A DNA stretch of 64,000 nt from Antedon mediterranea (lineage: Eukaryota; Animalia; Echinodermata), in contig NC_092676.1 in NCBI RefSeq assembly GCF_964355755.1, positions 3,201,888 to 3,265,887 on the forward strand. The letters are read 5' to 3'. How positions within the stretch are numbered: the first letter of the stretch is position 1; every line of letters begins with the position of its first letter. The notes beneath the pieces are model-generated. The model saw nothing but the letters and a program-made list of their open reading frames with translations. It was not told the DNA's origin and did not search any database. Made by a program: the position numbers and the translations under genes. This document shows, in pieces, positions 26,250 to 41,200 of the stretch.

Positions 26250-29200
26250 TTATTTCTTAGTTGCCATTAACCGTCGTAATAATTCAGTAACCTTACCCTG
26301 GAGGGCCTCCTTCTGTCGATCCGCAGCAAGGAGTTCTTCTTGTAAGTGTTCTAGTGTTGCTAGTAAGGACGCCCTCTCCTGTTCTAGGGTACTTATACCT
26401 GAACTCATCAGCTGTGCTTGTTCCTTCAACTGTAGGTTCTCCATCTCGAGCTGGTTGTGGTTCCTCATGAACTCCTGATCAATAAAGACAAGTGGTCCGT
26501 CACATCGGTCACTGGTACGATCATGAACCTCATCTAAAACACAAAGAATTATTATTCGTTTTTTTTTATTCCCCTGGTTATTTTAAAGCTTTGTCTACAC
26601 TAGAAATGTGATGTGCACATATACGGACATGATGATGTCATATCACTACCATGTTTGGGCATATCACTACCATATTTGGGCACATCACACTTTTTTTGTC
26701 AAACTAGTGTAGACAGAGCTTAACTCACTCTAGGTTATCATTCATTGGTGACCAAATAAATATTATTATTATATTATATTATCATTACTATTATTATATA
26801 TTATTATCATTTATTTTATACTTCGCTCGCGTACCCTCTAGGTCGTGCCCACAAATGGTTCTCAAAGACGCAGTAATTTCAGCGTAAAAAAAACTGATGA
26901 TTTCAAATGTACGTACCGCAGGACTATAATACATTGTCGTTTACAGAAACGAATAAATAGACATTTATTAATTGTTTGTTTTTTTTCTACTGTTTGCAAC
27001 AATTTTTTTTATCAAACTTAAGTTTATTTTAATTTTATTATGCTGTCGGAAGTTCGGCAAAATAATTTATGACATCACCTTAAACACTTCGGTGTCACTC
27101 AAGGACTTATGAAAGTTGAAAAAGCTCTCGAAAAAAAACGTAAAAGCAGCAGCTGAAATAAACTATTTAAAAAATTGCTAAAACGTTCGGCATGTTTCCA
27201 AATGTAAAATATTAATATTATAAATAAATAAATGAATATACCTCGTATATGAAATACTCCGTCAGGAGACCTTTCTATCGTCATTCGTGTTATATTTACA
27301 TCAAGTGGAATCGGAGGAGGGCTTGTAATGTACACTAACGGCATGTCGTCCTAAAAAGTATTAAAAATATAATAAAATAATTTAATATTGCAAATAAAAA
27401 AAACAAATCAAAATTGTTTTATATACAAGGATCGTTTATATATACTGCATTGATACGGTAAACGTGTCGCCGCGGTTAATGCAGGCATACGTGGTGCGTG
27501 ACTGAGAAGAGGGCGCTGTCAAGACTTCCCCATTGAGATAAACTTGATGGTTCCTCTTGATGACTTGCTTATAGAGCTATTATTGTAGTAGGCTCTCTAG
27601 TCGGATATAGTGCCTCTATGGTAATGCCGCTATATGATGGCTGGGAGAAAGATGTTGGGGTTAAGGGTGTATATTGGGGGTTGGGTGTGGGTTGTTGGTT
27701 ATGACAGGAGGGTGCATGAACAGTTGTAATGACTTAAGCTCTGTCTACACTATCAAACTTTATGTGACAAAAAATGTGATGTTCCCATACATTTATGGAC
27801 ATGATGTCATATCACTACCATATTTAAGCATATCACTACCATATTTGGGCACATCACAGTTTTTTTGTCAAACTAGTGACTAGTGTAGACAGAGCTTAAA
27901 AGGGATTTTGTCCTTCGTAGAATGAGGTGATTTTGTCATTTTACTGATTTTTTTTTGTATGTTGAATACCAATTAAAATACCTGTAATTGTATTTTTGTG
28001 TTTTTCAGTTCAATCTTCATCGGCATTGCTTCTCCAACAATCTCGTCTTCAACAAACCCAGTCAAGTTGGAGATGGTTGACTTTTGAAATTCAGAAATAA
28101 ATCCATCCACCTAAATAGTAATAAAAACTTCTTTCACACATTTCATTTACAAACGAAAAATAAGTATATGTAGAGTACAATCATAAATATTTTGATACCT
28201 CACTTTAACACCCATACTCCAGTTTTAATTTGCGACCTTGTAACACCCTCCTTAAACCCATGTAGTTTATACCTATAATTAATACACGAGTCCCCTGCTA
28301 GTGTGTTCAAGCTATAACCTTGAAGGCATGTACACTGGGTATTCCTTGTTGTCCTATTTTAATTAGCTACTTTACATAAGGTATGTAGACAGATTCATTT
28401 TATAAAGAATGCAAGCCAGAAATATACTACCAATGTAGTGATTATTTAGTTCAAATATTATGACCTCTCCCAGGTGGCCATCCCAATAGTTATACAATAA
28501 TTTTGTCAATTTAGTAAATAGGTTGACGTAAATAGAGGCCTTGTCCTACGATGATAAACAAATAATAAATGTTTATGAGCCAAATATAAATAAATATTTT
28601 GATTCATTGAAGAAATATTTATTGCTTAAGACACAAACCTTAATTTTATTATATAATTAATTTGTAGACTAGAGCTAGGTATACAGTAGTAATAGCTAGA
28701 GAATGTGCATTGTCCAATGACCAACAACATTTAGCTTCAACCGTACTGTATATACTGTACTGTATCATAGACACATTATCATTACAGTGTCACATGTGTG
28801 GATTATGTTAGGTTAGTTACAGCAGTAACTGCATTAGATAACCCATTTTCTCCATACCTGTAATACTGCATACCCCCTATCTGTAGCAGTCTCACAGAAT
28901 TTCTCAGCTCCTGGTCCGCTGATAAACCTGATCTTAGCGACTGGAGATTGTAGTGTAGCTTGTAGTAACATTTCGCGTTCACTTGCGTCGCTCGTTTTTC
29001 TACTCAACTCTGTAAAATTGAATTTATATGAATGCAAAAATGGTGTGCTCAAGACAGTAGAACATCTATTAAGGGGACACCTTTCAGACCTAACAGAGTG
29101 TCCCGTTATTAGTGGTGTCCCCTGAACAGAGGCTGGATGTGGTGTTAAATCATCCTCATTTGTTTCACAGGAAAGTGTTCTCTTATTAAATAGGGGTGTC

Positions 29201-32200
29201 ACAAAGGAGGGGTTTTGCTGTATTCCCATTCATTAGCAGATAATTTAAACTGGGTATTTTTAAAAAGCTTGCTGCGAAAAGAATTCAGATACAGTGCCAA
29301 GAATATAATTGTTTATATATTCCCGCTCAAAGAATTTCCATAAGTGAATTCACAGAACAAACATTTACACAAGATGCTCTACTGCTAAACAAGGTCTTAA
29401 TCAAACTATTTGGCAGTGGAATTGAACCCAGGACCCTTGGCCCGGTAAGTGAGCGCCTTTACCACCAAGCTACAACCTGCAATCAATGTACCTGTTTGTC
29501 TTTTAGACATATACTGTTCATAGTTCATGTTGCCTTGTTCCTCACGTTCAAATGCACCAATCTCAATTCTAGCAGCCATGTCGTTGTTGTCCAAGTCCAC
29601 GGCAACATTCACACCGTTTAAACTTACTTTTAAAACAGACACCTGTAAAACAAATTAGGTAATTAACATATTATTAAAGTGCATACTGTATGTTCAAAGG
29701 TTCAAAAGATAGCTTTTTAAATTAACTTCTTGCTCAATTCAATTCTCTTCATTAATATATCAAAACAAAATTGATCAAATTTTACGAATTATCCCTGACC
29801 ATCTCCCACACCCCCACCAAATCCTATAAAATAAACTTACCGTATTTAGTTTATGCTTGCTGTTGCTATACAGTTCCTCCGTAGTAAGTTGTGCCTGTTT
29901 AGACTGCTCAGCGCCATCTGCAGATTCTGTGATGTTAATAACAATAACGTTTTTAAGTGTTGTTTCCATATATTCTAATGTTCCAAGATATGACAACAGA
30001 CCTACATCCCTCAACCTATTTTCTTTACTTTAGATGACGACGTCATGATGATTTAAAATTAAATTTTAACCAAACTGTGCTTGCTTTAACCCATTGACCC
30101 CTAAGTTTATTTTGCTCCCCTGGGACCCAAAAAGCATATGTCATATAATTAACCCTAACTTTTTTTCTAAACACAGACATTAAAAAAATTAAAAAACAAA
30201 AATAATGCAAAGGACATTTTATTTCCAAATATGTTATCAAATTTGTGTTACAACTTATTTTGGCGGAGTATGGATTATGCAAATTTTAGAAATATTTTAG
30301 GAAAATTATTAAAAATTTGTAATTTATCTTTGACTACCAAATGCACAAAAATTAATAAATATTTCATAATAAAACTCATCTCTTCATCAGAACCTATTTC
30401 TTCTCTTCAAAATAAGACCAAACTTGACCATTATGAATGACCGGTTTCGAAATTATGAAGAAATTAGTAGACTGACTCATCCGACGATGACCATATGGGG
30501 CCTAGGCCTATCGGGAGCCGCCCCGAGAGCGTCCTCGCCGCTGTTTGTTCACCGGGAATGTTAAAAAAAACATCCCGAAAGCGACTTGGAATTCGCGATT
30601 CCCACGCGCACCGGCATCCCTCGGGAGCTTAGTCCGGTGTTTTAGACGTGTAGCTTGCAGAAAATTTGACGAAAATGCGTCGAAAACTTATGAAATTAAA
30701 ACAAGTTTGGTATCAAAATGTTTGTCAAAAGTTATGCTTCAATAAACTGACCTTTGCGCAGAGTTTGAACAAATATTTCATGCCCATAATGCATCTGACA
30801 TGTCAGGGTTCATATTACAATCAAAGGTAAACAATATGGCGCGGCCCTTGTGAGGACATCTTCACGACTTTTCTCCGGTAGAAAAATCACATTTTTACAT
30901 GGAAATATGACGATTTAGACACTGTAACTGATACATAATCTTTATTTATTATACATTTATTGTATACAAGCTTCAAAATAGTGATTATTAGAAATAAAGA
31001 TGGATTTTAGACGATTTTACGTTGTATGTCTAGGCCTAGATTCATTCAACGCGCCTGTCGCGTTTCGAACAGCGTGCTTCGAAAAACGGTTATATTTTCG
31101 AATTTTATTTTCAAACTAACTTCAACAATTGTTTTTATATATTTAGAAGCATATTTTTTAAAAAAAAGTTGTGAGTATTTTGTATAATTTGTTGTTACGA
31201 TTCATGCACAGCAAACTGCGCATGTAAATTCGATTTACTTTTTTTTTGTTGAAAATTTGTTTACAATGACCTTGACTTTTAACCTTTTGAGCGCTTTAAG
31301 CGCTTATCGTGGTGAATCGGTTAAAAAGTATTTTTGGCCACTTACCATTTTCTAGTTTTTCATCATGTGACTGTTCGACTACAGCAGCTGATTGCTCAAT
31401 AATGTCAGGTGATTGGCTACTTATGTCTGGTGACCGACCGTTTAACACTGGTAAAGATTGGGATAGTTCACTACCTATCATTAAACACATTTAAAAATAG
31501 TAATGTTATTTTATCTGTTTTCAAGTTTATTTTTCCTGGATGGCCAAATAAATTCATTGTCTATCCAAATACAAAAAATTAGTACTACTTTTAGATGCAA
31601 ATGAAAATAATTACAAATATATTTACCTAGTCCACTTTCTGAATCCATTTCTACATTTTGCCGATTGACGAAAGTGAAACTGCTATCGCTCGAGTCGCTC
31701 TGGATTGAGAGAGTTTCAGTCTCAAACCCTCCTAAGGAAGAGACTTCGTCAAGAGACAGTGCAGACCCCATCAACATCTGTTGTTTCTGCGTAAACGATG
31801 CAGAAAGGCTTGATGCCGATATCTTAGCCAGGTCCGAGTGTGAAGCACTTCGTGGTGGCTGATTAGTCATCATGTAAGAGACGTTTAAACTAGAGTTTAT
31901 CATGATAGGACTTGTCGAACGATTTGTCGAACTCGTGTACAAGACACGCCCATCTGGAAAATCTCGATTTGATATGTCGGTATTTGACAGAGTTCTACTG
32001 TGTGTTGGTTTGGTATTTAAATGATGCTGATTAGAGGAATCTATTATGACTTCTGGGTTGTCAGTGGAAACTTTTGGAAGGATTTGAGAATAATTTCTTG
32101 TAGACGGTTGAGTCGCCGCTCTTTCTCGAAACTCTGAAAATTCTGTTGGAATATCAATCGTTTGTTTTGTCGTCAAGGTTTTTACACTTAGAACTTCTCC

Positions 32201-35200
32201 ATTTTTCTTTTCTTCTATGAAAAGGTTTTGTGATGTGGTAGTGATGTTTACGGGGATTGAATCTGATAAAGTGTCTATACTTGGACTACTTGGTAAACTG
32301 CTAGAAACTGATGCCTCCCCAGGGCACGATCCAGTCGGACTATTAACTGGCTTGGCAGAATTTACATCTTCTACACTCTCTCCACTAACTAAACCTGTTA
32401 AGTCTTTATCTTCTAATCCTCCAGCACTATTACCAACAGATATATCCTCACTTGGAGTATCTTCAGACGGAGCTGGAGCCATGAGTAATGTGGCTTCAAT
32501 ATCTGGACAACGGAAGGCGACTATTTTGCTTGATGATGGTATTTCCTTCTGGGCACTAAGCATTAACTGATCCTCTTCCATTTCTTGAAGAAGTCTCTGC
32601 ACTGAAGTCTGAAGACGGAGTAGAAACAAAACTTGATAGTGTTGGATTACAAGACGCACAACCTCACTGGTGTGTACAACCAGATGCATATCTCCATGCT
32701 TAGGTTTACTCAACTCCATCTGGTTGACATCTTTGACATCAGTTTTGTTATTTAAGATAGTATTCTGATCTTGTTTCCTTTCTGGTGAACCAACTCCGTT
32801 AGAAGCTTGTTCAGAGCCGTTCTCTAACAAGCTGGTTCTTAGCTGATCAATCTCCATCTGGCACTTCTTTTCATCTGGTGAAAACGGCATATTTTCTGAT
32901 TTCTGTGGCGTTTCTTGAGATTCTGATATTTTATTTTTATCGTCATTCAATTGCATAGGAAAACTGACCCAAATTGTCAATGGAACGGCATCTATAAAGG
33001 GAATTTGTCTGTCTTTGAACTCTACAGGCTTGACAAAGTCTGCCCATATCTGGTCAATCTTCACACACCAGACATCTTTTCTAGAATCTTCTCTAAATGT
33101 GTAAGTAGATAACTTCATATGCTTCAAATTTGGATTCACTTTTTTCTCGTCTGATTCCTGTTTTGATTCAAAATTGGAATCAGATTCAGTTCTTTCAGAT
33201 TTTTCTTGTTGATTTAAATTTTCATTATGTGTTCCGGGAAGAAAGAAATTCGGCTGAAAAGCATGATCCCAGAGGAGCTGCGGTAGACTTGTAAAGTCGC
33301 CAACATGGTTTGGAAAGTAGAGGTTGTTGGTAAACAGTCTTGACTTGTACAGCTGTTGCAGTTTAGTGGACAGTTCTGAGCGAGTGGAGTTAGTACCAAT
33401 CCGACAATTTGACGCCGTTAGTTGAGATAATTGTATCAACAGAGATTCCGGTCTGTCTGGATGTTCTGGAACCGTTGATGTGGTAGGAATAATTATCTAT
33501 ATATTAGACAAAGAGATAAATGTAAAAAATAATGGTATATTAAAGCTTACTTTTATTATTTGTGTTATTAAAAGTTGCATTCACGTCACTTTTACTTCCA
33601 TAACGCAAACTCTTGCCTTTTATCCTAAACCCAAACCTTTGTCTTTGATTTTCCCTATGGAAGGAATCGTGCTAATAAATATCATTATCAACAATATCAA
33701 GTTTATCATTATCTATTTCATCTTACAATAATTATTAATATCATCATCATTATCATCAATATTATAATCATCACTTATATAGTACAACAATAATAAATAA
33801 TATTGAACATTTTTAAAGTGCTCTTTACCGGAGTCTCACAGCGCAACATGAAAAGAATAACTATTGAAATAGGTGAGTTTTCAGGAGAGATTTGAATTGA
33901 AAAGAGGATGGAGTTTAACGGATGGAATGAGGAACGTTCCAGATCTCTGGTGCCTGAGCAAAGAAGCCATTTTAGGTTGGTTCTAGGTGGTGTTAACATA
34001 TGAGGATCCGTTTTAAAAGGACGACCTCTGCGTAAAATAATTATTAATATTATCACCAATATTATCATCATCACTAATTTGCTTTTGCACATGTGCATAT
34101 AATATAACAAACTATCTGTTTGCATTAAAAAGGTTAGCATACCTTAGGCATCAAAGCATCAACTCTAATGTCAATATGATCCATACCAATTGTTGGACTA
34201 GGATCAGCCTGCAAGTCTTCAGGCTAAAAATAACAATAACAGTCTCATAATGAAATCTTAATCAACTGAAAAATGGCAAAATAATTAATAATGACAATGA
34301 AACTAAATTGAACAAAACTTGCTGTTTAAGCTTTGTTCTCACTAAAAAAGCAAGGACGTAGATGCAAAGCAAGCGAGTTGACCACATGCTCGAATAATCC
34401 ATAGCTTGAGATTGGTCAAATCACTTTGTGTTACATTACGTCCTTGAATCTAATGAAAGAGATTTCTACACAAATATAGTGACTACAAGCATTAGAGCAA
34501 TGGATCCCTTGTGGAGCCGTGAAATGTGCAAAAAGTCACATTTGTGCAAACAACCACATTTGTGCAAACATTTTACCTTCAAATGTGCAAACAACCACAT
34601 TTGTGCAAACATTTTACCTTCAAATGTGCAAATCTGTAAAAATGTATAACCTGCAAATGTGCCAACATCACGACGTTAAATGTAAAAACGATCAGTTTTG
34701 ACGATAAATGTGCAAAAGGTATTCTACAAATGTGCAAATCATATATTCAGTCAAATTCCTATTACATTTTATATTTTTGGTTCGTAGGTCTTTCAGAGTA
34801 GAAATAACAATAGGAAAAAGAGTCTAATAAATTTAAAATGCTCAATATCATAATAACTAATTATACTGTTGTATTTTATTATGATCAAAGGCTTTAACCC
34901 GTCTAAGTCAAATTCAAGTCGACCCCAAGCCAACTCGCCCACAAGTCAACTCGCCCTGAAGTCAACTCGGCCTCACGTCAACTAGGCCACCTTAAAGTAT
35001 GAAACGCAAAAAGTGCAAATGAATGGGACAAAATAAGTCTAATGAACAGAAGAAAAATAATAAAAACGAAATACGCATGTTATAAGGATGAATATTAGAA
35101 TGAATATGAATGTTAGTTGACCGATTAGTTTTTGGCCGAGTTGACTTGAGGCCGAGTTGACTTGAGGCCGAGTTGACTTCAGGGCGAGTTGACTTGGGGC

Positions 35201-38200
35201 CGACTTGAATTTAGCCGAGGCGATTTTGAGCCTTTGATTATAATAAAATACAACAGTATAATTAGTTATGATATTGAACATTTTATTATAGGCCTACTCT
35301 TTTATATTGTTATTTCTACTCTGAAAGACCTACGAACCAAAAATATAAAATGGAATAGGAGTTTGGTTGAAGAATGCTTTGCACATTTGTAGAATACCTT
35401 TTACACATTTAACGTCAACACTGATCGTTTTTACATTTAACGGCGTGATGTTTGCACATTTGCGGGTTATGAATTTTAACAGATTTGCACATTTGAAGGT
35501 AAAATGTTTGCACAAATGTGGTTGTTTGCACATTTGAAGGTAAAATGTCTACACAAATGTGGTTGTTTGCACAAATGTGACTTTTTGCACATTTCACGGC
35601 TCCACATCCCTACTTACCTAGAAGACAGGGACATTTCCTCCTTTATTCTTATCATTTAATAACAAATACAAATATCTTTAAATATTCAGTATTGTTTTTT
35701 CGTTTAATATATATTTACCAGTGACTGCTTAATGTTGAAGACAAATTGATTGATCCACAAGATGGTGGTGTAATCCAGAGTGAACTGAAAGGGGTTCAGT
35801 TGTACAAAGACATTTGGTGCTGGAACTGAAAGAGCAACACAAGTTTTACAAAGAGGTCATTTTCATATCATCGTAAGTTTCACAATTAACCTATTGATTA
35901 TTATGGAACTTCAGTATGAGCCCACAAAGCCTATAGTACTTAAATACGCTAAAAAAACAAAAACAAGAAGAATACTATGTACTGTATGTAATTTAACAGA
36001 GGGACTCAACTGTCATCTGAACATTGATGTGGAAAAACGAACTAATGTAGTTACAGTTCAAAGAGCATTTGACTGAAGTGAGGGACCACTGCACTACATC
36101 AGCCTATCAGATACATCAGTTTGAAGTCAAGCAGACTATACCCGAGTTGCAGCGTATTGAACGTATCAAAGTATATTCTTAAACAGTGCGTAAAGCTCTG
36201 TCTACACTATCAAACTTTATGTGAAAAAAATGTGATTTGCCCATATATGGATATAATGATGTCATATCACTATTTAGGCATATCACTACCATATTTGGGC
36301 ACATCACACTTTTTTTGTCAAACTAGTTTGATAGTGTAGACAGATCTTATGACTTTTACCATGAAATTGAAATTGTTTGCATAAGTTTGCTGTTGTATAG
36401 TTTGTACTCTGGAAGTTTAATTTTCTCTTTTTTGGAAAAACAAAAACATACCTGGAAAATCTAATCCATCAGGGAAATAATAGGAAGTATACTCAATATG
36501 TACAGACGACATTTCCGGTGGGAGGAATAAAGCTTTTTTGTCGGATGAGAAAAGTCGAGATTGCGATCCTTTCGACGCCCTATCGGAGGTCGATAAATTA
36601 TAAATTTCAAAGTCACTGATGCGTATAATAGCACAATGCGCCAACAGTTTAATGGACTTTGTTGCAGGAGAAGTTCGCGGTACTGGTGGTGGCTTTGGTT
36701 GAACTTTAACCTCATCGGATAAACTAATACTTGATTTCCTAGTGTTATCAAATTTAACCTGAATGTTTGTGTTTTTAGTGTCTGTTGTTGTGTTTGCTCT
36801 CACACTCTCATTCAATAGTGTTGTTCCATTTCTGCTATCAGGTCCATTTTGCTCAATGTTGGTATTAGCAGTTTCTCTCTGTTCAGTTTTTCTAGCAGCG
36901 GCCTTTGCCTGTTCCTGAGCTTTGGCTATATGTTGCCTAGCGTGTGTATATTGCCGTTTGAAATGTCCAAGGATTGCTTGAACCCATTTATCAGCTGCTT
37001 TCATTGCTTCATCATATCGTTCCCAATGCTCCCGACTTGCACCTTAAAAAAAAAATCAGAAATTTGTAACAATACAGGTACGTTTCCATGGACATCTAGA
37101 AGGGTTTGGGGTTGTCAGTAAATCACCTTCAAAGAAACCATATCATAAAGTTGTGTGATATGTATGTGAAAAGTTTATTGCAAATACATAATAGGAAAAT
37201 AAAGCTAAAAAAAGAATGACTTTTCAACTCTATCATGGGGTCATTATGAAGTCCAATGAAGAACTAACTAATTATATAACACGAACCAAGTGTCAAAGTT
37301 CAATTATCTAATAGATAATATCCAAATAAGGAAGTAGGCATACCCCAGTAATAATCAGAACATAGAAATTCAACAATAATAAAACATTATGGTGGGCGTT
37401 ACCATTATATTTATGGGTGTTCAAAAAATGGTATTCATCTTTCAAAACTACAATACTAATTCTGAGAACTGCACCGTTTAAAGTATTTTATAGTTTTATC
37501 TAAAATAAAAACAAAGAACTTATAACACAAGAATCTCCTGTTCTTCAATTTGCATTCAAAACACAGTATCGGAAGTACAGGGTTAAAAGGTCAAACTGAG
37601 CGACGCCATTTCACAGCATGGAGCAGCTCCCCCTCCAAACTAGGAAGTCAATTACTCTACCCCCCTAGAGTATTAGCAGATCCCCTCTATGATTTTGACT
37701 TTCTAATTTGATGCGGGCGCCCTACTCCTCAGTCAATTACTCTATCCCCCCTAGAGCATTAGCAGATCCCCTCTATGATTTTGACTTTCTAATTTGATGC
37801 GGGCGCCCTACTCCATGGCTCACAATGGCGCCACCCATAGCTCTATTCTATCCCACAATGCCTTTCGAAATTGTTACGCGCTTCGGACGAACAGGAGATT
37901 CTTGTGTTATAAGTTCTTTGATAAAAAGTATATATTCTACTCACTAGCTGTATGGAATGGATAGTAGTCAACAAACAGTTTATGTAGAGTTAGCTGCATA
38001 GCTCCACCATCAACACGCCGCTTAAACGATTCTAAGAAAGATAAGAAATTGAACACATTTAGCATGGATTGGAAACATTCTGTATGAAAGGAACACAACA
38101 CAAAAGGTCTGCAGATATTGCTCTTAAGCTAACTAATTTGACAAAAAAAGTGTGATGTGCCCTAATAAGGTAGCAATATGCCCAAATATGGTAGTGTTAT

Positions 38201-41200
38201 GACACCATCATGTCCATATATGGGCACATCCCATTTTTTTTGTCACATAAAGTTTGATAGTGTAGGCAGAGCTTTACAGAGTTGTGTTTTGTTTTGGTGA
38301 CATAACACCAGTTATATAACAAAATTTGTATTATGTTCACATATACAAGTATCTCATGTCTTGTTATAAGCATTTATGCCAAATAGTTGACTGGGCTAGT
38401 AGTTGTAAAATTACTTGCCCATATCATCTAGAAGGAAGTAAATTAATTTTCACTGGATGATAGTATAATAATAATAATACAAACAAAAAACAATGCATAA
38501 CTTAACATTCTACAGTCAAAAATATAAAATTAATTTTATATTAAAATAATAAATAAAAGTTAAGTTAAAAGTTAAATGGCAAACAAAAATTATAAAATCA
38601 ATTGTTAATTTACTATAATAGTCACCAAGGGTAAGTCTTACACATGCATACATGCAAAGTATTAATAATAAACATCTGTAATAATATTGTATCATGCTAC
38701 AGAAAAAATGTGTTACAACTGCTAAACAGATGTTGGCTGGAAGGGAGTATAACCTATGTCTTAGGGTGGTCTACTGGTAACACTGACATAGTTGTATATT
38801 TTTTGTACCAATTACATTACCATGTAGGCTTCTATTAAAACATTTTTAATAATAATAAAACATTTCCATGTATTTTTGTGTTCTATTTTTAGACAAAATT
38901 ATATTTTCTACATAAATAAAATGGTAAAAAATTGAATGTTGTCATCATAGTTTTTAAGAAACTAACAATAAACACAAAATTGGTTAATAAACCAATAAAA
39001 TTATATAAATAAAAAAGTTAGTGTAAAGACAAATTATAGATAGGTTTTTCGAATTTTATTTGTAAAAGAATATAAAATCATATTTAAAGATACATTGTCT
39101 CCCTAAAAAATATTAAAAACATTTTTTTTTAATATGCCATTTTAATGTCAGGTAATAGTTATTCACTTTGAAATTTGGATTGAAGGTAAAACATATTTAC
39201 CTGAAACAAATTTAAAGCAAAACATTCTAAATTTGTCTGTCAGCCAATGGTTTTGGTTAAAATTATACGTTTCTTTTGTCTTTTTATAAGTCAAATAATT
39301 GTTTTTTTCTTTTTTTTAACAGAAGTGAATAACATTATTAAAACTGCAAAATGGCCTATTTAAAGTCTGATTTTATTAATCTTAACTTTCCATGCTTTTG
39401 GGGGACAATACATCTTTAATAAAAACAAGCTATTATCAGTATACAAAGTTAATAAAATAAATATTTAATAATTATAATAATTATATGCATATATATATTT
39501 TATTGATTGATAATAATTTAATAAATATTGGAAAACATACTGTTTTTATTGATTAATAAAGCTAGGTTATTGTACAGTATATATATATCAACAAATTATA
39601 TACAGAACAAACTTAGTTTGCACAAGGAAAAAAAATGCAAAGACACAACACACAATGCAAGTAATTTGACAATTCGTGATGGATTATCTGAACTGTGGCT
39701 TGTGATTGGTCAATTACTTGCGTTGCGTGTACGTCCATTTCTTGCGTCCTTGTGGGAACCAATCAAAAGGAGGGATGTACTAAAAACATTTAACTACTGT
39801 ATACCAATACCTTCATTAGGGTCTTGATTCCACACGGTATAAATAAATCAAACAGATAAAAAAAATAATTAAATGTAGAATCATACGCAGAAGTTTAATT
39901 ATAGTAAAGCTATGTTTACACTATCAAAATATTTGACAAAAAAAGTGTGATGGCTCAAATATGGTAGTGATATGCCCACATAGTGATATGCCCACATTAT
40001 GGTAGTGATATGCCCACATATGGTAGTGTTATGACATCATCATACATCCATATGGGTACTGTACATCACATAAAGTTTGATAGTGTTGACAAAGCTTTAG
40101 TAGTAGTAGAGCCTCTATTAAGGGGACAACGTCAGGACCAATACATTGTCTCCTTAATAAATTGAGTAGGTCTACTGTACTAGTTCCTATATTGATAAAT
40201 TACAAACAAACAATTATTGATTGATCTACGTAATTAATTAATAGCTTGATTATTTAATTAATTATTTTAATTCAATATTAGAATGAATCAATTAAGGAAA
40301 GAATTAATTAAATGATAAATGAATCAAGAATTTAATTGGCCAATCAATGTTATTGCTAGCTAGGTACTGTATTGTAAAGTAATAATTTATTAATTACAGT
40401 ACATACAATAGATACTATTAACAGTCAAAACTAAAATATTCAATTTACAGAAACGTAAATGAAATTGATGATGACAATGCAAGTTAAACCAGTCTAAGAT
40501 TGGGCAATAAATATCGGGAATATTTTTACCACACAAGAAAACATGATCAACATAACGATTTAGCCTGTTTGGGATTGGCCCTAAATATCGTACTAAACAT
40601 TCGAGTCTGTATTGTATAGAATAAGTGAACATTCATTCTATTGCATGTCTACGTTCATGCAAGACTTTGGAATCGATAGAATGTCGGCATACAGTACAAA
40701 TGCATACCTACTGTACAGTACTGTACAGTACTTGTTTTTAAAGGAGATTTATGACCCAAACCTTACAGTGTTATATCAAGTTTGTAAAAATATACAAAAT
40801 TAAAAAATATCGGCCAAATAGTTAGAAAGAAATGTTATAACTGAAAACTTTTCCTGCAAATATAAATAAAAAACAAACCAAAAATAGTAGATGTAAGCAT
40901 ATACAAAACCAAGCAGTAAAAATAAGAGTAGACACATTGTTAATATTACTTTATGTAATACAATGATTCTGATATAATCCCTATAAATACAACAGCTAGT
41001 TGAAAGAAAAAAAGAGATCGAGATCTTCTATTAGCTACAAGAAGTACATAAACAAAAATAGTTATCAAGCAATTTAAGAATGGAGAATATTTGAAAGAGA
41101 TTTCAATAGGTGTGTGAACAAAATGGAGTCTGGCAATTGGTTTAAAACTGCAAGAAAATCCTCTGTGTTTGTTTTATGTATTGTTACACTCTATATGCTA

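Noticed and set aside
29411-29480. Functional tRNA gene
   Set aside because: A and B boxes are present but the acceptor and anticodon stems do not pair properly, so a SINE head is more likely.
34428-35597. Cys/His-rich short ORFs
   Set aside because: Translations of the foldback element's internal repeats, mirrored on both arms.
39811-39822. Possible 12-nt BLTP3 microexon ACCCTAATGAAG|GTATTG (minus)
   Set aside because: Phase-compatible, but the acceptor is weak and flanking exons join sensibly without it. It needs RNA evidence.
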